Part shown: one piece after another, positions 39,163 to 51,703 of the stretch
How positions within the stretch are numbered: position 1 is the first letter of the stretch
Layout of the letters: each line of letters starts with the position of its first letter
NCBI GenBank assembly: GCA_951406725.2
Contig: OX597817.1
Location: 54,002,001-54,066,000, forward strand
Direction of reading: 5' to 3'
Source of the DNA: Octopus vulgaris
Taxonomy: Eukaryota
Length of the DNA stretch: 64,000 bases
The notes under the pieces: model-generated
The model's input: the letters and a program-made list of their open reading frames with translations, nothing else
The model's database searches: none
What the model was told of the DNA's origin: nothing
Program-made: the position numbers and the translations under genes

Positions 39163-39663
39163 TATTTAACTTTTAATCTTGCTAAATCAGATCTCTAATC
39201 AAACGTGCTTTATCTTGACCATTCTTTTTGTAAATGAGGCCACGTTGTTCGCTGAATTTTCTGTTTAATATGGCTGCTATTTCTAGCAAATGAAGCCACC
39301 GTTTTAGGTCATTGCTGTCTACCAAATCAGTGGGCAAGCAGTCGGCAGATAAAGCCCTACCATTAAATATTTCAGTTCCTTTTCTATTCCAGACTTCTTC
39401 CACTGGTGCTGACTGAATTCAGAGCGGTGGTCGTGTCTGGATCGATAAATAATCACTAGTATAATTGGTAGATTCTATCACCTTTTTCTGTCTTCTCGGT
39501 GGAATAATTTATTTTACTTCAGAAGCGTTTTACATTTATATTGGCTACCACCATGGCCCTCATTACTTTAGCCTTGAGAGAACCTCTTGTCGGAGCTTGG
39601 TGCATAAAAGCACACACACATAGATCATAGCAAACGCGAATAGTCTGTAGTGGATTCCGAAAT

Positions 39664-39707
39664 TTCCATATCACGTAATTTCGGCCTACTGGACCTCATC
39701 AGTGGAA
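39664..39707 (-). ncRNA. Type I hammerhead ribozyme motif, intact core
   Basis: Reverse complement: TTCCA-CTGATGA-GGTC cagta GGCC-GAAA-TTACGTGA-TA-TGGAA. Stem I extends beyond an internal loop (TAGTG..CCG / CGG..CACTA). Confidence 0.82.
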
Positions 39708-40589
39708 GGGGCCGGTCACTAATAATATATAGAATATCAGCATTTTCCCAGATACTAATGTTGCAGTATTCGGCGTTCTAACAAGGCATCCACGTTAAGC
39801 TGGGTGTAAAGGTTGCCTTTTGATGTTAAAATTGCTTCTGTCGCCAATAATTATATTTAATAAACTTAAATATAAAATCAGTCATTGGATCTTGTCCAAT
39901 CTTGTTCTGGTTCTTTCACCCTTCTCTGATTTTCACCTGATCAATAAAACTCATTTATCAAACTAACTTTCAAGATATTTGGGACTGGGTGTGTGACTTC
40001 AAGAGCATTTTGCTATTTCTAGCCGGTTTAGCAACCACATAAATACCCTTGCTTGTACAATCCTTCAATTTACTCTGAGATTTCGTAAATGGAGTGCATC
40101 CTCAATTATAAGAATAGGCCACCAGCAACAACAACGATGATGATATACAAAGACCTTAGAATTTAAAAGAAAGTACGTTACTCTGACCCTTAGTCCTTTC
40201 ATGGGTGGGAAAAGTCTGCCGGAAATGTTACTATTTATCTAAATTTTAAAAAAAATGTACACATAGGCGCAGGCATGGCCGTGTGGTAAGAAGCTTGCTT
40301 CCCAGCCACATGGTTCCGGGTTCAGTCTGGCCAAAGCCTTGAGTAGATTTGCTTGGCGGAAACTGAAAGAAGCGTGTGTGTTACCCCCCACCGCTTGACA
40401 ACTGGTATTGGTGTAATTACGTCCCTGAAAATAAGCGGTTCAGCAAAAGACCGATAGAATAAGTACCAGGCTTAAAAAAAAAAAATCCTGGGGTCAATTC
40501 GTTGAACTAAAAATTCTTCAAAGCGGTGCTCCAGCATAGCCGCAGTCAAATGACTGAGAGGTGAAAGATAAGATTGTGAAAATTTTATA

Positions 40590-40851
40590 CAGGGTGTTCA
40601 GAAAGTCTCTCCGCAGTGAATTTTTTCGCAACCTTCACACAGTCCATACCGCGTTAGGCTCCAAGATGTATTTCAAAACATGTGTAGAAGAGTCAACTTA
40701 CGTATTGAAAATGAAGGACAACGCTTTCAATACCGCTTATAAACTTTTTTAAAGTCTTGTAAAGTCTAATATATTCTTTTGTAGTCTTATACCATGTTAT
40801 AAGCATTCATTTTGCAATAAAACACTGCGGAGAGACTTTTTGAACGCCCTG
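40590..40851. mobile_element. Tc1/mariner MITE
   Basis: 29-bp TIRs CAGGGTGTTCAGAAAGTCTCTCCGCAGTG / CACTGCGGAGAGACTTTTTGAACGCCCTG with TA on both sides. Confidence 0.85.
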
Positions 40852-40996
40852 TATTTAGCGGATTCCAACACTGGCCCTCATTATTTTTTCCCCGACTTTT
40901 ATTGATTCTCAATGACAATATACAACGTATCGATGAGGTTACGATAACGTCTAACCACCCTCCTCATCTTTTTTTTCATTCTTTTATATTTTCTAG

Positions 40997-41134
40997 GATT
41001 ACACAAAATCTGTGAAACGGATGTTGTTTATTGGTATCCTCTCCTTGCTGCCCGTGTTTTTGGTGTTGGCTTATACCGGCTTAAACACGATTATATGCAC
41101 CGTCTGGATTGGATTAAGTCTTACTGTCTGTGTG
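40997..41134 (+). CDS. MFSD1-like exon 10 (DYTKSVKRMLFIGILSLLPVFLVLAYTGLNTIICTVWIGLSLTVCV)
   Basis: ttttatattttctAG acceptor; GTAAGA donor; two hydrophobic helices; 138 nt, phase 0 to 0. Confidence 0.88.
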
Positions 41135-43153
41135 GTAAGAAGTTTTCACTTTATTTGTTATTTTTTTTACTGGTTCTAATCATCACTATGGTCATACTGG
41201 TGTATCAACGTAGTACTTTTCGCTAATATCGAAACCACCTAAAGGCAGCGAGCTGGCAGGATCGTTAGCATACCAGACAAATGCTTATCGGCATTTCGTC
41301 TATCTTTACGTTGAATAAATTGTTTCATGCACTTTTGAGTAGCACTGATCCCGAGAACGACACCGAATTTGGAACCCTGAAATATAGAAGTGTCATATTA
41401 GTGTATTTTGAAAGAAGTGTCGGTAGAGGAAGGGGTAACTGTCCCCTATCATCTTTCGATGCGAGGCTAAAGACAGAGTTGGAAGATGTCTGATTTTTTT
41501 CCGCTGATTTCAATGCTATTGTGCATCTTAGTTTAAGATGTTCATTTATGTCACTAAATACTTCTATCACTCTGGCCATGTTCGAGTACAAAAAATATCG
41601 ACAATAACCGATATCAATATCGTTCCCTATACCTAGTCGCATCTGGTTACGAAAGTATTTTTGATTATAGAATAAATTTCGATGTCATTAGGGTGATGAA
41701 ATATCCATAATCTAGTTTTAGTTATCGGCTAAAAATAATCTCTCCTATTCGATATTAAGTTAGTCATATACTGTACAGCAAAGAAGAATACAAGGGAAAT
41801 AATTTTTGCATGGGAAGTAATTTAGATTTCTTAATGCAAGGGAGACAATTTCCTTAACCTGTACGATTTCTTAAAGTTTCAAGACTTACGGAGATGTACT
41901 TGCATAGCAAGTGACCTGATCTGAGATCGTGTGCTGGAACGAAAACAGTTGCAGCGTGGAAGATGTTTATAAGCCATTTAAGAAATGCACAAAAACCGTT
42001 CGATTCACTTCAACATTTAAATTTAATTTGTCAAAATATTTTCGTCGTTTTGAGACCGCGACCTGTTCACTGACAAAATTCCGTGCTGCATATAAGACTG
42101 TTCTTCATTTAAGTTCCGCCGAGATCGACTTTGTCCTTCATTCTTTCGGTGTTAATAAATTAAGTACCAGTGAAACAATGGGGTCGATATAAACGACTAG
42201 TCCCTTCCCTCACAATTTAAGGCTTTGTGTCAATAGTAGAATGGATTAGTTTAAAGGAACTTTAGCCGCCGTTTGAGCAAGTTGAATGACAACTCACTCC
42301 ATTCAACGAAATTTCATTTGCCTTATCTCGTGTCGTTGAGCAATGCCTTACAATTCTTGAATTCCCTGTTCTGATGTTGTTCCAGTTGAATAGTTCTTTG
42401 ACTCAAATGAAAAAAAACAAAAAAAGACGTAGAAGGAATAATTACTGTTGTGAGGCGGAAGTATTTCGTAGAAATGTTTTAATTTTGGATGGAGTATAAA
42501 CCTTGTAGAAGTGACTGACAATGTACTGCGTGCGCCAGAAGAAGGGTTTGTCTGGAGCATGTATGGAGATGATTTCCAGACTATTATAATACGTTATAAA
42601 AATAACGATCCTTATAGGCACAAGTCCAGCAATTTTGGGAAGGTTGGGGTAAGTAGATTACATCGACCCCGGTACTTAACTGGTACTTTATCGACTCTGA
42701 AAGGCGAAGTCTACGTCGGTGGAATGTAGTCAGTGCGTAAAGCCGGACGAAATGCTGTTAAGCATTTTGTCCGGCATGCTAACGATCATAATAATTCTTT
42801 CTATTATAGGTACAAAGCTTGATATTTTGGGGAGCGGGGTAGTCGATTACATCGACCCCAGTGTTCGATTGGTACTGATTTTATCGACCCCGAAAGGATA
42901 AAAGGTTAAGTCAACCGCGGCAGAATTTGAACTCGGAAACCTATGTCGGACGAATTGCCGCGAAGTATTTTGCCGAGCGTGCTAATGATTTTGCTAACTC
43001 ACCTTATTAATAATATTGATAGTAGTAGTAGTAGTAGTAGTAGTCTCACCACCACCGCCTATAACCGCTGGCCTGTATGTTGGTCGTAGCCAGTTGATTG
43101 GAGAATAAGATATAAGAAACACTTAATCGTGTCCAGAAGGTTTTCTGTAAGAC

Positions 43154-43661
43154 TTAGTTAGTTAATTAGTTAATTCTTTGGCGCAAAAAGCAAGGCCATG
43201 TAGGGGGACATGGAGTTATGTACAGGGTGGTGTTCAGGTAAAGAGTTCAGGCCACTTGAGGTCAAGGGAGACTTTGAACCGAGCGGTCGTCGGCATCTTC
43301 ACCATCTCGTCCGGCAGCTTATTCCACGGATCCGCAACCCGGACGGAGAAAGCCCCTCTCCTTCGATTGAGATGAAATCGTCGCAGATAGAGATTTTCGG
43401 AATGGCCCCGCAGCCGACGCTCTGGAGCAGGAGTGAAGAACAGCTCTTTCGAGAGGTTACACTTTCCGCTTATGATGTTATGAGCAAGGATGAGATCACC
43501 ACGGCGTCGTCGTTTTTCTAGAGAATAAAGGTCGAGCGTCTTCAGCCTTTCTTCATAAGACAAATTCTTGAGACCAAAAACCATGCGGGTAGCCAGCTTC
43601 TGGACTCTTTCGAGATGCTGTATGTCTTTGAGGAGATAAGAAGAGGCTTGAGTCCCGTACT
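43154..43661 (-). mobile_element. Second 5'-truncated copy of the same CR1 family
   Basis: Near-identical protein and 3' UTR to the 22.8 kb copy; same TAAC-type tail. Confidence 0.92.
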
Positions 43662-43868
43662 ACTAAAGTAATTTCATATTTAGACACAAGGTCAGTAATT
43701 AAGAGGTGGTGGGTGGGGGCTTAGTCTATTCCATCGACTTCGGATGTTTTCCTTTCTTCTCAGTTTTAGCAATGCAGGAGGAACGAAAAGCAAAGCTTGG
43801 ACTCGGTAGAATTTATCTCCTTTATTAAAAAGAGAACGTAAAGAACCAGATGAAAAACCGCAATGCAT

Positions 43869-43904
<36 letters not shown>

Positions 43905-44084
43905 CGATGCTCTGACGATTCTTCCAAATCGAACTAACGTTGGAAGACGAGCTGGAAGTTAAAAGAAATTAGGTCCTATGATATGTATTTAGTCTTCGGC
44001 CCTTTATAAACTTAAAATAAATGGTTGAATTTATTAAACATTGGGCAGTGAGAAGAGACCTTGTAATTTTATCGTTAAAAGCTG

Positions 44085-44137
<53 letters not shown>

Positions 44138-44743
44138 TTCGATTAATTAATACAGCCGATTTGCTTTTGCAGTAAAATTTAAGAAACTATCTCTGTGTCT
44201 CTGTTCGCCTCCTTCCTTATCTGATTGCCTTTCTCTCTCTCTCTCTCTCTCTCATCCTGCAGCTCTTTACTTCTCCAACTCTCTTTACTTATTTCTTCTC
44301 TTTGTTGTCGCATGTATTTTGTCTTATCTGTAACATTGTCATGTGGAGGCGCAACGGCCCAGTGGCTAGGGTTGTAGGATCACGGTTTCTATTCTCAGAC
44401 TGGCCGTTGTGAGTGTTTATTAAGCGACAACACCTAAAGCTCCACGACGATCCGGCAGTGGGTAGTGTTGAACTCTGCTATAGTCTTTCACCACAACTTT
44501 CTCTCACTCTTTCTTCCTGTTTCTGCTGTACCTGTATTCCAAAGGGCCTGTCTTGTCAATTTGTGCTACGCTGAATCACCCCGAGGACTACGTTAAGGCT
44601 ACACGTATCTGCGGAATGCCCAGCCACTTGCACGTTAATTTCACGAGCAGGCTGTTCCATTGATCGAACCAACTGGAACCCACGTCGTCGTAACCGACGG
44701 AGTACCACGTTATAATATTGTCATCATTTTCTTTTGTATCTAG

Positions 44744-44883
44744 ATCTGTTACTGGCCGGTGATGACCAAAGTAATCCCGCCACATTTACTTGGATCTGGT
44801 CTAGGTATCTGTACGTCTTTGACGGCAATTGGTGTTGGAACTACATCCTTTATTGTCGGTAAAATTCTTGAACATGACGAAAG
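44744..44883 (+). CDS. MFSD1-like exon 11 (ICYWPVMTKVIPPHLLGSGLGICTSLTAIGVGTTSFIVGKILEHDE)
   Basis: cttttgtatctAG acceptor; GTAAGC donor; WPxxxxVIPxxxLGxxxG motif of MFSD1; phase 0 to 2. Confidence 0.92.
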
Positions 44884-45069
44884 GTAAGCGTATTTTTTTG
44901 ATTGATTTTTGAACTGCATTTTTTTTTCTCTGTTATTCCTCATGAAACTATTGATATAATATTTCGGGAACCTTCTTTCATGCTCAGTTGCTGAAGGGTG
45001 GAATAAACTCTCTGCATTATATATTTACGAAGTCTAGACAGATATATTCAGCTAGCAGGCCTCTGCTAC

Positions 45070-45116
45070 TCTAGACTGATGATGGGCAAATACCCTGAAA
45101 CATGCGTGTCTCTAGA
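45070..45116 (+). ncRNA. Type I hammerhead ribozyme motif, intact core
   Basis: TCTAGA-CTGATGA-T-GGG caaata CCC-T-GAAA-CATGCGTG-TC-TCTAGA. Stems I, II and III all pair; GUC cleavage triplet ends at 45110. Confidence 0.8.
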
Positions 45117-45899
45117 TGCAGGCCTAGCTGTTGGGGGTATTTGTCTCCCCTTCGTAAATATATATAAGGACACAGGAAATGTGTTGAGGCCGACAGGAAG
45201 CGTCGATGATTCCTAGGGCTAAACAGCGGTGGCGTAATTCCCTTACTGTCACGTTAAGTTGACAGTATACAACCACTCTATCGACCCACCACCGTACATA
45301 TCTCTGAGATATGAGATATTTTGAAATTTAATATTTCTGATTTAGATTTTTAAAATTCTTCAGCTTTTTTTTTTTAAAAAAAGCTTCTGTTGCTTTTATC
45401 CACATTTCAGTTCCATTACAGAATCTCTGCTTTAAATATTCAAGGTTTTTCTTTCATAAAAGGACATTTTCCTCTGCTTCAAAATTAAATTGCAAAAGCC
45501 GATTTTGATATGAAAAATATTCCGACCAAATAACGTTGTTTTATTTGCAAGGGGCGAAACTCCTTTAAACCTCATATGAAAGTTACTGCCCTTATTTATG
45601 ACAAATTTATCCCCAATGATAAACTTCACCATTCTTCCACAGTTCACAAAGTGATTAACACGTTTAGTGCATATCCTTCGATCACTCTGCTTACGTCGAC
45701 CCCAACAATCTCCAGTTCCGGTTTCCATCAACTACATCACAGCAAATGGATGGAAATCATGGATTACTTAATTAATTTTATCAAAGCCTCATAAATGCTG
45801 CCATCACTTCAACTGGCTGAAACTCCATCGCCAGACCCTGGTTCTGTTCACTCGCTTCCAATCAACGTCTGGAGTTTTAAACTAACCCCTAATCCTGGA

Positions 45900-46400
45900 G
45901 ACCTTTTCATGAGTTCTCGAGTAGTGGACAGAACGATTGCGACAGAAACCTTTTTAACGAATCTACACCATTAATTGTACATCAGTTTAGTATGCCCCAT
46001 ATGGAAACATGATTTTTCTCGTATTTCCTGTTGGAAATACGTTTTTTCACAACTTTGGGAAACACTGATGCCAAAACCAATTTCTTTCTGGCTACATGAT
46101 TTATCGTTGCTGTGTGTTTGACGGAAATCCTCTTTGATAGAAATTTATGCTGGTTGGAACACGTACACAGGATGTACAGGAACAGGTTCCTCAGACATCT
46201 TGTATACTCTCAAATTTGCAAGGAGAAAAGAACCCATGAAAAAATCTGAGATTCAGATACTGCAAAGCGAATATGAAGTGGAAAGCAACTGATCATAATA
46301 AATTGCAAACGCAAGCTTTCTCCATACTGGCCATTTTTTCTTTTTTTTTTTTTTTTTGGCTTATCAAGTCATGTCAAAACCATGGACAGCCATAATTGCG
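45900..46400 (+). pseudogene. Old degenerate RTE-type LINE fragment
   Basis: One frame reads EILFDRNLCWLEHVHRMYRNRFLRHLVYSQICKEKR, resembling the RTE LRWLGHVxRM...PRQLLYSQL...GKR motif; stops and frameshifts present; boundaries approximate. Confidence 0.6.
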
Positions 46401-47176
46401 ACGACTGACAGCAGACGAGGAAATATGAGAGTTGCATGTTAGAACCATTGTTTTGCAATAGCTTTTTTCTTCTTGCACTAACCAGATACTTCAAATGTAG
46501 CCGTTGAATTTCAGTATTCGGCGAAAAGTACTGATAAAAGTACTTTCTGCAGCTGACTCACTCACCAAATTCGTAAAGTCGTCCCATCATGTGTAACATA
46601 TGTTTTCTGATCTCTCCTCCATACACGACCGTTACAAAAAAAAACCAAAAAAAAACCCACACTTATTTCTGAAAAGATGTTAGCGGTAAATAGACAATTT
46701 AAGCTATTATTACAATTGCACTGTAATACCGAAATACAATTTGAAGTACTACTCCAACGTAAATTCACTAAATAGAAATATCTACTTTTTCTGAAATTAT
46801 TTCATGTAAAATTGAATTTATCTGGGCAGCAAGGGGAAGCGGCTGACCTCCCTTGTTCGAAGGTTATAATGGACACAGGTTCGTGTGTCATATAGCTAGC
46901 TAGAGGCGGTGGCCTCTTGGAGCTAATCAACGGCAGCTTTAGTCTTATATTTATGCACTGCCATAGCTTAACGATAACTGGTAATTTAAAAAAAATATTT
47001 TTCTCGAGAAATTGTGATTTAGTCGTCTGCTTTTCGGTAACGTCCCTTTTAAAACTTTTTTTCGCTTTCATTGTTCTCCCTTGGAACTGTAACACTTTTT
47101 CAGATATCTTCGTTTGTGCTGATAAAATTGTAACTATTTTATAATATAAATTGTTTTTTTCCTGTTCATATTTCAG

Positions 47177-47291
47177 TGTAACTCTCCCAGAGATGCTTCA
47201 CCTTTGGCGGATCACCATGATATATTTAACCATGAATGTTTTCATGTCTTTCTTCTTCATCTGTCTTTTCTTCCTCAAGGACAAGAATCGG
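47177..47291 (+). CDS. MFSD1-like exon 12 (SVTLPEMLHLWRITMIYLTMNVFMSFFFICLFFLKDKNR), last TM
   Basis: tcatatttcAG acceptor; GTAAAA donor; hydrophobic helix ending in KDKNR; phase 2 to 0. Confidence 0.8.
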
Positions 47292-50200
47292 GTAAAATTA
47301 TTTGTTTTTTGCCTCTTGCTTTATTTAAAACTGACAGTTGTCTATCTATTTCTTTATTACCCACAAGGGGATAAACACAGAGGGGACAAACAAGGACATA
47401 GGTATTAAGTCGATTACACCGACCCCAGTGCGTAACTGGTACTTAATTTATCGACCCCGAAAGGATGAAAGGCGAAGTCGACATCGGCGGAATTTGAACT
47501 CTGAACGTAACGGCAGACGAAATACCGCTAAGCATTTCCCCCGGCGCTAACGTGTCTGCCAGCTCGCCGCCTTATTACAGTTGTCTATCGTCTGCACAGA
47601 TTTAAGCGTGTGGTAAACTGGAATAAAAACACTATTTTCATTACTGACCATTAGTAGGATAAGTGAAGGCACGTGGCTCAGTGGTTAGGGTATTCGGCTC
47701 ACGATTGATAGTAAGGCCTGGAGTTCGATTCCAGGCGGTGCGTTGTCTCCTTGAACAAGACACTTTTTCACGTTGCTCCGGTCCATTCAGTTGACAAGAA
47801 CGAGTTGTGCCTGTAATTTAAAGGACAAGCCTTGACACATTCAGTTCTCGCTGAATCTTTCCGAGATCTCCATTAACGGTACACCTGTCTGTGGAATGCT
47901 CAGCCACTTGCAAGTTAATTTCACGAGTCGGCTGTTTCGTTGACCGACGGAGAACCAGCTCAGAAGTAAGATGAGCGATAAGATTCTTTGAGTCTATTCT
48001 AGAATACATGACTCAAAGACAATACTCAAGGACGTTGTTCACTTCGGAAAATACTTTGTGTCAATACAGGGAATATTGGAAATTTCATCAGAAATCAATG
48101 AATCGTGGAAAATACTAAATTAGTCAATTATAATTATAATGGTAAATACGGATGACAATAATTTAGTGTTACTATAATTAATGCAGCGAGTATTAGTTGA
48201 TTAGAAATAAATCTGCTTTGGAAAATACGGTATTAGTTAATTGCAATTTTAATTATTATGCTAATTACGGGAGATAGTAATTTAGTTAGCATGTTCAATA
48301 GAGGGAGAATTAGGAACTTGATTAGAAATGTGGTGCGAGAAATAGCACATTAGTTAATTACTATTTTAATTACTATTTTAATTATTATGGTAATAACGAA
48401 GGATAATTGTTAGTGTTAGCATCCTAGTATTGTCTGTATTAAATAGAATTAGTAATTTACTAATATGCAATTTTTTCACCAAATATTTCTATTTTAATTA
48501 TGGTAATTACAGCGATAACTGATGATGGGATTTGGTTTTAGGAGTTATACGTTATCTAGGGTTGCGGCCCTGCGTTTCCTTCAGGAATGGCCTTAACGTC
48601 ACCAAATACCCCTTAATCTCTAAATAAAATATCAACAGCATAATTCTGTCTAGTCCCGGGGATTAAACCGTGATGTTGTGTTGGGATTATTGTTGAACAG
48701 AATTGATTTCTCGATTGGGGCTTCCTTTTTTTGACTACAACAAAACACTCGCGATAAGGATTATCTAGGCTTGCAGACAAAATCCTCTCGATTAACTGAT
48801 CTAGTTCTTCCAAAATCAAAGAAATATCGAACAGCTAAATACCTGAAAGCGTTCATATCTTCTACACGTCTACCTATCACTTGATAAATTGACCTTCACA
48901 GATCGGGGCCTCTGTGTCTAACTTCACCCTTCACCTGGGCTCCCGAGCAAAAAAGTAAATAGATGCATATACGCATGAAGATTAACGATTGCAGGCAAAT
49001 CAAAGGACAGAATCGGCTGCAGCTTCTTTTTCTACGTGTGTTGTTCATTATCACTTTAACGAGAATCCGGTAGAGATGAGGTTTAGCCTATTCCCGATAT
49101 AGCGTGAACACAGAGTGACAGTTAAATATAATTAGCTGTTTCTTCAGTCACGTAATTCTGTCTAGTCTCGGGGATTAAACTGTGATGTTGTGTTGGGATT
49201 ATTGGACATAATAAATTGGTTTCTCAATTGGGACTTCCATTTTTTGATCACAAAAGACACTCGCGATTGTCAGTCATTTCCCAGCATGAAATATATCTAC
49301 TTAGCTATTTAGAACGAAATTTGGGGGGAGGGTGGGGTCAGTCGATTAGATTGACCCCAGTACGTAACTGGTACTTATTGACCCCCAAAAAGATGAAAGG
49401 CAAAGTCGACCTCGGCGGAATTTGAACTCGGAACGTAACGGCAGACGAAATACCTATTTCTTTACTACCCACAAGGGGCTACACACATAGGGGACAAACA
49501 AGGACAGACAGACGGATTAAATCGATTATATCGACCTCAGTGCGTAACTGGTACTTATTTAATCGACCCCGAAAGGATGGAAGGCAAAGTCGACCTCGGC
49601 GGAATTTGAACTCAGAACGTAGCGGCAGACGAAATACTGCTAAGCATTTCGCCCGCGTGCTAACGTTTCTGCCAGCTCACCGCCTCCAAGGTGCGAGGTA
49701 TTGTTATCTTGATTGCTTTGGGGTGGTAGAAACATTGTCGAACAAACTATTTTGCTGTATTGAGTTACAGCTGAAGTTCGGAGTTCGAATCTCGTCGACT
49801 TTGCTTTTATCTTTCTGAAATCGATAAAATGAAATATTGAATTCGATTTAATCAGCTGTTCCTTATCTAACATTTAAAATATTTCTATTGGGAAAAATAA
49901 ATATTCCTGATCAATATCGAGACACGGTTGCTGGTCGCTTTGAGAAATTTAATTAAAAAAAAGAAATCTTCATTTCTTCTAAAATAAAACAATTTTCTGC
50001 ACAACACGGCATAAATCAGAACTGGAAACATTCAGATATAAATTTCTCCGCGTGGTAAATAAGGAAAACATTCATTATTTCTGTATGAGCAAAAGAGGCA
50101 GTTTCCTGACGGACTGTTTTACAGTTTGTTGGCCACTCCTCAGAGGAAGTACTTGGCTTCCTTTCCCAATCAATATCTTAGTTTAGCGTCTATATAAAGT

Positions 50201-50328
50201 AGCCATGAATCTGGCTAGCACAAGTTACATATTCGTGTTTATAAGGAATCATGAATCGTGAAAAGCATAAATATGCCAGTTAGACTATCCACTAAGGTAT
50301 TGGCCTAACCTATGACTGTTTTGTATAG

Positions 50329-50365
50329 CAGTTGATCGGTGCTATTGACTGGGAATGGAAGCCAG
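50329..50365 (+). CDS. Tentative exon 13 of the MFSD1-like gene (QLIGAIDWEWKP + 1 nt)
   Basis: CTAAC branch-point-like motif about 20 nt upstream, tandem TAGCAG acceptor, CAG|GTACGT donor; phase fits. No homology support. Confidence 0.4.
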
Positions 50366-51703
50366 GTACGTTTTGAATATACTCTCCTTATTTTCGTCAC
50401 CTTAATAGTATAGAATGTTTAATTATTTAACTTACCAATCACGTGCTTCCGGGTTCAGTCTCACTGCGTAGCAGGCAGTGAGACTTCTATAGCCTCGGGC
50501 CGACCAAAACCTTGAGTGGATTTGGTTGACGGAAAGAAGCCTGTCGTGTAAGGTTTGCTTCAAAATCTATTTCGGGTCTTTTAAAACAATGCTTTAACGG
50601 TCTTATATATTAAATTAAGCAATAGGAATGGCTCGCTACTGTATAGGCTACTTGTTACAATAACTTATGTCTTGTGTAGTGGATCTGTTCTCTCTCAGGT
50701 AATTTACCTGTTCCTCCGTTCGATTTAGGTCACCTGGTCTTTAGTTACTTTTTAGCGGGCCAGCGTGTTAGAGGAAATCTGACTAGGACCTCTGGTTTGA
50801 GAACAGCTTCTTCCTGCCGCCCGTTATCACCTTATACTTTGAAACAGATGGTAGGTGCTGCCCTTCCCTGTTGAGTAAGTCGTGTAAAATATTATGTTAG
50901 TGCAGTTGTTTTTACTAATGTGAGTGTTTTAATTATAAAAGGTTTTGTTTTTTTATCAACAGGTTGAACCTGAATTCGTCCATGCAAGGCTTCGTCCACG
51001 AGCCAAGTCCTGTATTGATAGGTTTGACAGACGCTTAAGCAGGAACGGTTCATACAACACATTTGGAGACCTAAAACGCCCAGTGAGATCAGTGTCCTGT
51101 GTAGGATATATTTAACTACCACAACTGGTCCTGTTTTCACCAGTTTACCGACACCTCAATTAAGATAGTTGTTTATTTATCGGTTCTATCGCTCCTCAAA
51201 TTCTTTATAAACGTATTCTTGAATATGCTGTTTTATTATTTTTTTGTTCCGTTTTAATTTCTGAGAGAATAATTAACATTCCATCTGAAGGTTACACCTC
51301 ACGTGGACTTTTTTTCGTATTATGTCTTAAATGTAAAATGTTTCATGAGATATCTGCCATATTATCAAACCCAACCTGTTGTTCCTTTGTTATTATACAC
51401 GTTATAGTGACACCATAACAGTGAGAGAAATGTTATATTTTTATAGTTGTTGCAGAAAAAAAAAACAAACAAACCCACAAAAATTGATTAAATTGATACA
51501 AATTAGATTCCGAAATCCAGTTTCAGTTATTTTTGTTTAATTACGTCGTTCTGTTAACGATATCACACACAAAAAAACGTATCGAGCAGCTTACAAAACT
51601 CGTCAAAATGTACAGATTGTTATAATCATAAATGAATCAAATATTTCATTTAATTCATCCTATTTTCATCTATTCATTTATTTTGGTAATTGTTATACGC
51701 CAG

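Noticed and set aside
46566-46668. Possible minus-strand exon (tcttttcAG ... GTGAGT)
   Set aside because: It is isolated, contains poly-T runs, has no recognisable product and lies next to a decayed LINE.
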